Virus record (IMG/VR): IMGVR_UViG_3300028833_000055
Span: 238,446 to 302,445 of that record
DNA: 64,000 nucleotides
From: a virus
Taxonomy: Duplodnaviria; Heunggongvirae; Uroviricota; Caudoviricetes
Reading direction: 5' to 3' (one strand)
The position numbers and the translations under genes were made by a program. This document shows positions 56,464-64,000 of the stretch, in pieces. The notes beneath the pieces were generated by a model. The model ran no database searches, was not told the origin of the DNA, and was given only the letters and a program-made list of their open reading frames with translations. How positions within the stretch are numbered: the stretch's first letter is position 1; every line of letters begins with the position of its first letter.

Positions 56464-56515
56464 TTTTGTTATTTCTTACGATACAAAGGTAACACTTTTT
56501 TTAATACCGACCAAA
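56464..56515 (-). promoter_or_regulatory. Strong Bacteroidota-type promoter cassette (-33 TTTG, -7 TACCTTTG, leader GTAAGAAATAACAA)
   Basis: Near-identical copies at 57285-57380 and 61980-62075. Confidence 0.75.
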
Positions 56516-56591
56516 TTTTTTTGCAACTTTTTTTGAATTTTTTTTTTTTAGATTTTCGAATTGGGGAGGGCGAACCCCCCCCCCGACTTCT

Positions 56592-57248
56592 TTACATTGC
56601 ATAGTAGATGTCTTTAAGAGTTTCCTCAATGTTTCCCAACTCGTTTCTCATTTCGTCTATCTTTCCTAATGTCTCGTTGATTTTTCTCTTTAAATCAATC
56701 TCGGTCTTGGTTGTCTCGGTCTCGGTCGGAACACCGCCACCCATTACAACACCCATTGGAGCGCCACCCATTGCAATGGAGAATATCTTTTCCAATGTCT
56801 TTCCCATATCAAGACCATCGGTCATACCCTCTCCGAACTTTGATGTCGGTCTCGGACTTGCAACCGACAACATCTTTTCCAATAACTTGCCGATTAACTC
56901 CTCACGACTTCCAATCTTGGTTTCGGTCTCGGTTGTCTCGGTCTCGGTTGTCTCGGTGGTCTCGGTTTCAATCTTCGGAGTGAGTATATCAACATCGGTC
57001 GGTATGAAATTGATTATGTCAATTTCATTCCCCTTTTGAAAACTCCTCCAAGCGTTCTTTTCCAAGTCCCAGAAGACCTGCACCATTGGGGAACTTGAAC
57101 CGTCGGACTTCCTAATAGGTTTGGTTGCAAGTATGTCTTTCTGCAATGTACCGATTGCAAGTCTTACCGACCCGTCCAACTTATGAAATCTAAATGTTAC
57201 GATTCCGTTCTTCAAACCTCTTTCAATCTTTTCTAACATTGTTGCCAT
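56592..57248 (-). CDS. WYL_2/DUF2693 SH3-barrel protein with TE-repeat linker
   Basis: LKNGIVTFRFHKLDGSVRLAIGTL...FWDLEKNAWRSF; ETETTETTETETT linker; start revised to MATMLE. Confidence 0.7.
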   Translation of the reverse strand: MATMLEKIERGLKNGIVTFRFHKLDGSVRLAIGTLQKDILATKPIRKSDGSSSPMVQVFWDLEKNAWRSFQKGNEIDIINFIPTDVDILTPKIETETTETTETETTETETKIGSREELIGKLLEKMLSVASPRPTSKFGEGMTDGLDMGKTLEKIFSIAMGGAPMGVVMGGGVPTETETTKTEIDLKRKINETLGKIDEMRNELGNIEETLKDIYYAM

Positions 57249-57548
57249 AACTTTTTTCCTTTCTAATTTTAATTGAACTTCGTTTTTGTTATTTCTTACA
57301 TTACAAAGGTAACACTTTTTGAAATACTGACCAAGGATTTTTTTAATTTTTTTCTCCCTCAAAATCAAGCACTTAACAAAAATTTGCAAATTTTTTTCAT
57401 AAAGTAGGTAAAAATTCCGTCATTTTTTTCGGAGATTTCTGTAAAAGTCCGATTTCGAAAATCTTGAAGGATTTTTGAAACGCATAACTATTGGTCGTGA
57501 ATGGAGTTTTTGGATACCGAAGTTTGGATACAGCAGTTGTATCCGACC

Positions 57549-57822
57549 GTGATTTCGTTCATCGGTCCACAGGTCGGATTCGGAACAGTTCCTCTTCGGT
57601 CGTGGATGAGGATTATCCACCCAAAATCATTTGATTGTCAAGAAGTTAGTCCGATTTCTTCATCCATCATAGGTTGAAAAAGTCCGTTTTCGAAATTTTT
57701 GGATATAAAATCAAAACACAAATGGGTGATTTCGTTCATCGGTCCACAGGTCGGATTCGGAATAGTTCATCGGGTGACGAGTCGGATTCGTTCATCGGTC
57801 CACAGGTCGGATTCGGAATTTT
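57549..57822. repeat. Three copies of TTCGTTCATCGGTCCACAGGTCGGATTCGGAA
   Basis: Copies at about 57549-57591, 57726-57768 and 57786-57822; irregular spacing. Confidence 0.85.
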
Positions 57823-58016
57823 GATGGATGCAGAATCATAGTCGATGCAAATCTTCGGATATCTACAGACGACATCTTCAGACATCTTCAGATATCTTCA
57901 GACGACTGTTTTCATCCACGACCGGTTGATGCAAATCCGGTGGGGGCATCCCAAGAAACCGGTGTACTCTTGGGCGAATACACCGGCACTATTATTAGAA
58001 AGGGGGTTTCGAAATT

Positions 58017-58295
58017 TTACTCTTCGGTTTCAATTATCGAAGTCCCCGCACTCGGGAAAGGTTTTTCCTCCGGCAGAATCTTCGGGATAAACTCCTTGTT
58101 CACGTGGCCGCATTTCCTGCAGGCGAATACCGGTATCGGGATTACGGCGTCCTGCTTTTCACCGATTAGAAGACCGGGTATCCTCCTCAGCAGAACGCTT
58201 TCGCTGAAGGTCTTTCCGCTACAGTTCTCACATACTATGGGGGTCGATTTCGAAATCAACGCCGCTGAATTAAGTTTGTTTCCAAGTTCGTCCAT
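58017..58295 (-). CDS. Zn-ribbon protein
   Basis: CENC...IPIPVFACRKCGHVN. Confidence 0.65.
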   Translation of the reverse strand: MDELGNKLNSAALISKSTPIVCENCSGKTFSESVLLRRIPGLLIGEKQDAVIPIPVFACRKCGHVNKEFIPKILPEEKPFPSAGTSIIETEE

Positions 58296-58316
58296 TTTCT
58301 ATATCCTCTTTTTTAG

Positions 58317-59018
58317 TTACTTTTCATATTCGAATCTCTTTACGATAAGCGGTTCGGAAACCTTGAATGAATGGTACTCTTCGGTCACGTGGTTGTTCAT
58401 TATGATGTCCATACCGTGAGGTGTGCTTTCCGACAGGTACTTCATAAGGTCCGGGTCGTCAACCTTCCTGACAAGACGGCCGTTGTAGACGAACTCGAGT
58501 TTCCTTTCATCCCAGTGGAGTTCGTACCTGATGAACTTCTTGGTCGGGTCGGGCATACGGAATATGCCGACACGTTTCGCCATGTTACGTACAGCATCCG
58601 GTTGATGGAAATTGCTTGTCACCTTCCAGGTGAACGGGAAACCGTAGTAACCGCCACGGGAATTCGTCCACGCCTCCACCACGTCTATCTCCGGAGGCCA
58701 GGGTCCCGCCCACATCCACAAGGCCGGCCAGAGGTTCCTGCCCGACGGGAGCTTCGCCTCCCACAGGTAGTGGCCGTACCTGAAGACTTTTCCGCTTGCA
58801 AACGAAGATACCAGTCCGACTCCGTATGCCGGATAAAAGCTTTTTCCGGCAGTCTCGATTCTCCTCGGAGAGTACTTGCAAACCAGTCGAAGACATCCGT
58901 CTTCATCCACGCTCACGCAGTTGTCGTCATACCACGCATATGCTTTTTCCGGATGGACCGTTCCCCATCTCTCCTTCGTAGTCCATCTGATGCCGCACCA
59001 TTCAAACTGTCTGTCCAT
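58317..59018 (-). CDS. Glycoside hydrolase family 16 protein
   Basis: YGHYLWEAKLP.G..LWPALWM...EIDVVE catalytic motif; Y.L.W....L.F..NG. Confidence 0.82.
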   Translation of the reverse strand: MDRQFEWCGIRWTTKERWGTVHPEKAYAWYDDNCVSVDEDGCLRLVCKYSPRRIETAGKSFYPAYGVGLVSSFASGKVFRYGHYLWEAKLPSGRNLWPALWMWAGPWPPEIDVVEAWTNSRGGYYGFPFTWKVTSNFHQPDAVRNMAKRVGIFRMPDPTKKFIRYELHWDERKLEFVYNGRLVRKVDDPDLMKYLSESTPHGMDIIMNNHVTEEYHSFKVSEPLIVKRFEYEK

Positions 59019-59019
59019 A

Positions 59020-59274
59020 CTATTTCACTCTTTCCTTATATTTCTCCAGTACTTTCGAAACCGCATTCTCTATGTCGCCTTCGAGCGATTCGTCATCCGA
59101 CTCGTATTCGTATTCGGTGTCGAACTCCGAAGTGACCCAGTTGCACATTCCTCTGTCGTGGACCGTCACACAGAACCACCCGTCCGGATGAATGTCGAAG
59201 TAGATTTGGATGAAGACCGTAACTATCACGGAGATTCCAAGCAGGATAAACGGTAAGTCTCCAAGCGATTCCAT
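59020..59274 (-). CDS. Small membrane protein
   Basis: N-terminal TM helix, acidic tail. Confidence 0.5.
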   Translation of the reverse strand: MESLGDLPFILLGISVIVTVFIQIYFDIHPDGWFCVTVHDRGMCNWVTSEFDTEYEYESDDESLEGDIENAVSKVLEKYKERVK

Positions 59275-59292
59275 ATCCTTTAAGTTTTAATG

Positions 59293-59766
59293 TTATTGCT
59301 TCAAATGTCTTCTCGCCGACGATACGAAAGCGTCCGGTATTTCGAAACAGTTGTTCTCTTCATCCGCTATGTATGTGAGGAAGAAATCATATGATGTCAG
59401 TTCGCCGCCCTCTTCGTAATAGACTGTTTCCGATGTCTTGAAAAATTCTATGAGTATGCCGGATGGTGTCACCAGTGACATATCCGTAATCTCCTGATGC
59501 GATACGAAGTAGTCCATCCTTTTCAGTGTCTTCACCGCCTCGTCACGGTTGACTCCGATTTCCACGTCGCCTATCACGGTTCCGTCGTCCTCGTACTTCG
59601 AATTGATGAAGTATCTTCCGGTTTCATCCGTCTGAATCGAGAGTACCGTGTTGCGGTTGTCGTATCCGTTGAAGACGGCCGCCTTGTACACTGTCGTCCT
59701 CTGCTGTGAAAAGCAGAACATTGACGACAAAATCAGAATAATTACTGCGATTGCTTTTGTTTTCAT
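59293..59766 (-). CDS. Putative secreted protein
   Basis: Sec-type signal peptide MKTKAIAVIILILSSMFCFS. Confidence 0.55.
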   Translation of the reverse strand: MKTKAIAVIILILSSMFCFSQQRTTVYKAAVFNGYDNRNTVLSIQTDETGRYFINSKYEDDGTVIGDVEIGVNRDEAVKTLKRMDYFVSHQEITDMSLVTPSGILIEFFKTSETVYYEEGGELTSYDFFLTYIADEENNCFEIPDAFVSSARRHLKQ

Positions 59767-59795
59767 TTCCTTCCCCTTTCCTGTATTTTCGAAAT

Positions 59796-60191
59796 TTACT
59801 GTAATCCGAACCTGATGTTCTTTACCTTTCCGTTCTCGTTCACCACGGCGGTGAGGATTATGAAGCCGTGCCCCTCATCGATGAAGTTGCACATACGCTG
59901 CAACGTGTCGTCGGTGTCTATGGTCGACACGCTCCTGGAGAGAAAGGCGTATCTCCTGGACGCATCTGCGTTGAAGCGGGCGACCTCGTATGTCACATCC
60001 CTGCCTTTCCTGCCGGAGTGATACTCGACTATCATGCTCGTGAACCCGTCGGTCACGTTCCGGAACCTGATACTGTCGTCAAGCTTCACCGTAAGCTTCA
60101 ACCCTCCGTTCTTGGACAGGCTCGCCGTCGACTGTGCCGCCGCTACCGCCGCTGCAAGAACCATACCCATTATAATCAGAAATCTTCTCAT
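59796..60191 (-). CDS. Putative secreted protein
   Basis: Signal peptide MRRFLIIMGMVLAAAVAAA-Q. Confidence 0.6.
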   Translation of the reverse strand: MRRFLIIMGMVLAAAVAAAQSTASLSKNGGLKLTVKLDDSIRFRNVTDGFTSMIVEYHSGRKGRDVTYEVARFNADASRRYAFLSRSVSTIDTDDTLQRMCNFIDEGHGFIILTAVVNENGKVKNIRFGLQ

Positions 60192-60213
60192 TTCATTTCG
60201 AATTTTGAATTTT

Positions 60214-60444
60214 TTACCAGGCGCTGTAGTCGGTTATGTCCTTCGCCTCGCCGCACTTCTTGCAGACTATGATGGCGCTTACCCCTATGCCGCCGGACCA
60301 GTCGAAGATGACCTGGAAACCGGCGGATTCCCTTCCGTGCTCCGCCTTGTGTTCATCCATGAACTCCAGCGCCATCCTTTTCTCTTCGGCGTTGAGTCTG
60401 AACAGATTGTCGGGCAGTGTCGATTTGTATCCTTTGGTATCCAT
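60214..60444 (-). CDS. Small protein with CxxC
   Basis: SGGIGVSAIIVCKKCG...DITDYSAW; promoter box at 60468. Confidence 0.6.
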   Translation of the reverse strand: MDTKGYKSTLPDNLFRLNAEEKRMALEFMDEHKAEHGRESAGFQVIFDWSGGIGVSAIIVCKKCGEAKDITDYSAW

Positions 60445-60479
60445 ATCCGTCCCCTTTCCTTTTTTTACAAAGATACTAT

Positions 60480-61073
60480 TTATTTTTCGAAAGATATAAG
60501 TTCCTTCAGCATTTTTTTATGCTCTTCGGTCTGCGGTGTCCCCGAGAAGTTGTAGTGGTTGAACAGGATTATCTTCTCACGGTCCGTGAGCGGAATCATC
60601 CAGTCCGAATAATATACGTTCCCGGTCATTGAGTTGACCCTTTGACGGAAGAAGGTCTGTGCATTCCTGTCGAAGTCCTTCCAGAACACCTCGCATCCGC
60701 CCACGCTGATTGGGAACTCGTTGTGCAGGAACTTGTGGATGGTGAGCAGCCTCTGTTTCCCGTCTATTACATATAATGTCTGCTTCCCGTCCTCCGAAGT
60801 ATGGAGGACTATCACCACCGGCTCGATATGCTTCTCCAGCATCAGGCTTCTGATAAATTCATTCTTCTGGCAGTACTCCCATACGTACGGTCTCTGTAGA
60901 TTTCTTCCGAAATCTTTCAGATACACATCGAAGTCATATCTGTTGTACCCGTATGAGAAGTCATCCGAAAGCATCGAGTTGAACAGCCGGTAGTCGAACG
61001 TCAGTCCTCCGCTTACCGTGCAGTGGATATCATTTATTCCGGTATCCTTCCGTATGTCATCTATCGTTATCAT
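60480..61073 (-). CDS. Stand-alone DUF262 (ParB-like/GmrS-type) domain protein
   Basis: LQRPYVW...FIRSL, VIDGKQRLLTI, LFNHYN. Confidence 0.75.
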   Translation of the reverse strand: MITIDDIRKDTGINDIHCTVSGGLTFDYRLFNSMLSDDFSYGYNRYDFDVYLKDFGRNLQRPYVWEYCQKNEFIRSLMLEKHIEPVVIVLHTSEDGKQTLYVIDGKQRLLTIHKFLHNEFPISVGGCEVFWKDFDRNAQTFFRQRVNSMTGNVYYSDWMIPLTDREKIILFNHYNFSGTPQTEEHKKMLKELISFEK

Positions 61074-61486
61074 ATTTCTTCGGATTTATTTTGATGCCTT
61101 TCATAAGTTTCGTAGAGGTTTTCCAAGAAGTAGTACCAGTCCCAGGAACGACCGTATAGATAGCAGTCATCCAAACTTACTTCCTGCGGGTTGTTTTCAC
61201 TCCATTCGTCTTCCAAGTCCCGGTCACCGGATTCGGTATTGATATAGATATCACCGATTTCCGTATTTAGCATGAACTCAACTTCATACCAGCCGTCACA
61301 ATCAACCCAGCGGTGGGTGTCATCGGCGGTGACGGTCCATTCGTATTTACCGATTAGACCGTCCACAAAGTCTTCAAGTTCCTTGACAAACTCTTCCGGC
61401 ATCCATCCGGCTTTCTCCTGATGGAACTCTTCACATTTTCTGCTGTATTCCTTTGCTTTTGCAATTTCTTCCGGTGTCATAGTCAA
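61070..61486 (-). CDS. Hypothetical acidic protein
   Basis: 138 aa; tiled. Confidence 0.55.
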   Translation of the reverse strand: MTMTPEEIAKAKEYSRKCEEFHQEKAGWMPEEFVKELEDFVDGLIGKYEWTVTADDTHRWVDCDGWYEVEFMLNTEIGDIYINTESGDRDLEDEWSENNPQEVSLDDCYLYGRSWDWYYFLENLYETYERHQNKSEEI

Positions 61487-61528
61487 TCCTCCGATTTTTT
61501 CGAAAGCGGGGGTGAACCCCCACCAATG

Positions 61529-61954
61529 TTATTCCGTGAAAAAATATCCTTCCTCCAGAAGCGCTGCCGCCTCGTCTATGTCGTGGGCGAACACCTTGAG
61601 TTCGATTTCTTCCGAGCACTTCAATCTGAACATCTTCAACCCGGTATCGTTGAACCTGAAATTTTTCAACTCAACTTCCGTTCTCACCTTTTCCACCAAT
61701 ATGTGGAGGACCTCCATAATCAGTCTCGTGTTGAGTTCGTCGAGCGAAGTGAGTTCGTTGTCGAGGGACAGTATGACCCTTCCGTCAACCCAGTGTGCGT
61801 AGAGACCGTCGTCTTCGTTGAGTTCGACCCTCTTCATTTTCCTTACCGTTTCCTCGACAAGGTTTTTCGCCTTGAAGTAGATTATTTCCGGTGTGATTCT
61901 GTCACCGGCGAGTTCTCTTTCGAACCCTTCCAGTTTCTGCAATAACTTTTCCAT
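61529..61954 (-). CDS. Hypothetical early protein
   Basis: Behind the promoter cassette at 61980; hairpin at 61507-61522 downstream. Confidence 0.6.
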   Translation of the reverse strand: MEKLLQKLEGFERELAGDRITPEIIYFKAKNLVEETVRKMKRVELNEDDGLYAHWVDGRVILSLDNELTSLDELNTRLIMEVLHILVEKVRTEVELKNFRFNDTGLKMFRLKCSEEIELKVFAHDIDEAAALLEEGYFFTE

Positions 61955-62162
61955 TGTTCTGTTTTTTAGTTAAACCTTCTTGTTATTTCTTACATTACAA
62001 AGGTAACGCATCCGGAAATATCTTCCAAGGATTTTTTTAATTTTTTTCACAGTGGAAATCAAGCAGTTGACAGATTTTCGAAAAAATTCAGAGAAAATCT
62101 TCGTAAAAAACCGTCGGATTTCTTCCCGATTCCGGCGGATGCAGAATCATACCGTTTCGAAA

Positions 62163-62603
62163 TTATTTCTGTTCCGCTTCAGTAATCTGTCTGGGCATCG
62201 ATGTGAAGTCGTATTCCATCAGGCCTTCCATTCCCTTTACCGTAGCGTGGCTTCCGTTGGATACCATCAGAGACTGTGGACCTTCGTCCATCTCGACGAC
62301 CACTACTTTCTTGCCTATGCCATATGCATATCCGATTTCCCAGGAACTGCCGGCCGTCGTCTTGGTTCTGCCGTAGGATATGGCCACTACGCAGTCCGAC
62401 TCGTCTATCGCCTTCTTGTCCGCCTCGAACACAAGCTTCCCCCAGTCCTTATTCGAATAATCCCAGGCATTCTCGATGGCGTGTTCGACCGGACCGTAGA
62501 CGTTATGTCCGCCTTCACGAAGTTTTGCAAGAACCTCGTACATCTTGGGACGACACTCGTGTGACAGTGATGATGCAAGGTAGATTCTCATAACTCGTTT
62601 CAA
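62163..62603 (-). CDS. Nucleoside 2-deoxyribosyltransferase/N-glycosidase-like protein
   Basis: IYLAS, D.KAIDESDCVVA, GSSWEIGYAYGIGKKVV. Confidence 0.82.
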   Translation of the reverse strand: MKRVMRIYLASSLSHECRPKMYEVLAKLREGGHNVYGPVEHAIENAWDYSNKDWGKLVFEADKKAIDESDCVVAISYGRTKTTAGSSWEIGYAYGIGKKVVVVEMDEGPQSLMVSNGSHATVKGMEGLMEYDFTSMPRQITEAEQK

Positions 62604-63079
62604 AATATTTCAAGAATATTTGCAAACACAACCGCCTCATCCGGTGTGAGGGAATACTCGTTGATGTCCCTCAGTTTACGCAGGAACCAGCATGCACATT
62701 TGACCGGTTCGTCGTATGTCCAGTACTTGCACTGGCAGTCCATGCATTTCTTGTTCGGATGACCCGCCGAACAATGTTCCTCGTCGTCAACCGGGAGTTC
62801 CTGGTGTCCACATGAGAACAGACTGAGTTCGTATATTGTGTCGGTCTTCTTGATGTAGTTCCGCCTCCATTCCTCCAAGTCGTGACCATTCCTCTCCAAA
62901 GCTTTCGGCTGAAGCTTGTCGTACCAGCTTAAGCATCTGTTGTCGTGAGGAGCTCCTTCCTGGAAAGCGTACTCGATATAGCGTCCGTTCTCATCCTCTT
63001 TCAGAACTACGAACCTGTCGAGTTTCCCGGTAGCTATCGCATAAGCTCTGAGTTTCATATATTCATCCTGTGTCATCAT
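62600..63079 (-). CDS. Hypothetical Cys-rich protein
   Basis: C-terminal C..H...C....C..C.C cluster. Confidence 0.5.
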   Translation of the reverse strand: MMTQDEYMKLRAYAIATGKLDRFVVLKEDENGRYIEYAFQEGAPHDNRCLSWYDKLQPKALERNGHDLEEWRRNYIKKTDTIYELSLFSCGHQELPVDDEEHCSAGHPNKKCMDCQCKYWTYDEPVKCACWFLRKLRDINEYSLTPDEAVVFANILEIF

Positions 63080-63091
63080 AGTATATCTGTT

Positions 63092-63505
63092 TTATTTTCT
63101 TATTATTCCAACATATTCGAGTGTGCCGAACCGCCCCTTCAGGTCGCCAAGTGTGAGTCCACGCTTCTGTATGAACGACTCGATACCGTCGAGCAGCTCC
63201 TTGCGTGTGTACTTCCTGACGACATCGTATGGGACAACCCCGTCAAGGGAGTATTCCTGCTCGTGTGACTCGAAGAGCTCTTCATCCGGAATCCAGGATA
63301 AAGTCCTGGCATGCCATCTGATGATGGAACCCTCGTGTTCAACCAGGTAGTCGAGAGCCTGCCCGTATGAATCGAAGACGTACTTCCTGCGGTATTCCTC
63401 TTCGGCTTTCTTCCATTCCTTCCGCTTTTCTTTCTCAACCTCATCGAGGAGACGGCTTATCGTTTCTCCGGACTTGCCGGAACATATGTCCATCAGTGTC
63501 GGCAT
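63092..63505 (-). CDS. Hypothetical protein
   Basis: 137 aa; tiled. Confidence 0.55.
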   Translation of the reverse strand: MPTLMDICSGKSGETISRLLDEVEKEKRKEWKKAEEEYRRKYVFDSYGQALDYLVEHEGSIIRWHARTLSWIPDEELFESHEQEYSLDGVVPYDVVRKYTRKELLDGIESFIQKRGLTLGDLKGRFGTLEYVGIIRK

Positions 63506-63519
63506 ACTTCGTTGTATTT

Positions 63520-63939
63520 TTAGGATTTGTAAAAGATGTCATTCAGTTTCATCCACTTTTCTTTCGAAACCAGTACGAATCCGTCAAGCAGGTCGTCCTC
63601 GTCGAGAGGCACGTAATTTACGTCGACAAGACAAAAGCGGATATTCATATCCTTCGACAGGACATAGTACCTTTCCCATCCGTCGGAATGATAGTCGACC
63701 TTCCTTCCGTCTTCAAGCGTGAAGCACCATCCGTCACCGGTGACAGGCTTGTCGTCCGCTACCTTCGACAGCGGAAGGATATACTGTTCTATGTACTTCG
63801 CCGCATTTTCGAATGTTATCAGGCTCGGGTCGGCTTCAAGTACGAGACCATATACCGTTTCCTTTCCCCAGTTGTCTCCCGGCAGAGTGACCGGACGGTT
63901 GAATATGGCCAGACATTTGTTCTTTATGATTTTGTCCAT
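63520..63939 (-). CDS. Hypothetical protein
   Basis: 139 aa; tiled. Confidence 0.55.
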   Translation of the reverse strand: MDKIIKNKCLAIFNRPVTLPGDNWGKETVYGLVLEADPSLITFENAAKYIEQYILPLSKVADDKPVTGDGWCFTLEDGRKVDYHSDGWERYYVLSKDMNIRFCLVDVNYVPLDEDDLLDGFVLVSKEKWMKLNDIFYKS

Positions 63940-64000
63940 CTCTGATTTTTTTAAAAAATGGAAACCCGGTGTTTCACAACGGCGGGTTTCCGAAAGCTAA

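Noticed and set aside
57549-57822. CRISPR mini-array
   Set aside because: Only three copies, with very unequal spacing (about 177 and 59 bp); the intervening sequence is itself repeat-derived and there are no cas genes.
61505-61526. GGGGGTGAACCCCCACCA resembling a tRNA/tmRNA acceptor minihelix
   Set aside because: It lies antisense to local transcription and has no T-arm or tmRNA body; it is better explained as the stem-loop ending gene 61529.
1-64000. Stop-codon reassignment (TAG to Gln, as in Lak and some crAss-like phages)
   Set aside because: Genes tile densely under code 11, long conserved enzymes have no internal TAG, and TAG ends genes (for example prs, 41944, 42200) right before the next start.

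Overview
This window is a 64-kb segment of a large lytic (jumbo-type, T4-like) bacteriophage genome in genetic code 11. It most likely infects a Bacteroidota host: 12 copies of a TATCTTTG (TAnnTTTG, -7) promoter box precede minus-strand early/middle genes. T4-like late boxes (C/T)ATAAATA precede the structural and glycosylation genes. Layout from left to right: (1) a late operon with a MATCAP/DUF1704-BspA fusion and a CapA-family metallophosphoesterase; (2) a candidate 181-nt structured ncRNA; (3) an NAD+ operon (nicotinamidase, NAMPT-fold transferase, NadE, Prs-like kinase, radical-SAM-like protein); (4) about 15 kb of paralogous Ser/Thr/Gly-rich fibre genes on the + strand; (5) a convergent late glycosylation cluster (UDP-Glc dehydrogenase, UDP-GlcA epimerase, three GT-A paralogues, TupA ATP-grasp); (6) DUF2828 (TROVE-like/vWA), SmpB and many small early genes, including an ACP-like protein lacking the catalytic Ser; (7) a second fibre cluster containing a lipoate-ligase-like gene; (8) a thymidine kinase remnant and a Dda helicase; (9) two repeat-rich non-coding islands, one with iteron-like repeats; (10) GH16, DUF262 and nucleoside deoxyribosyltransferase genes. 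The strongest candidate for an undescribed system is the four-enzyme NAD+ operon, which looks like a deamidating variant of the phage NAD-reconstitution pathway. All family assignments come from motif recognition by eye; no database searches were run.
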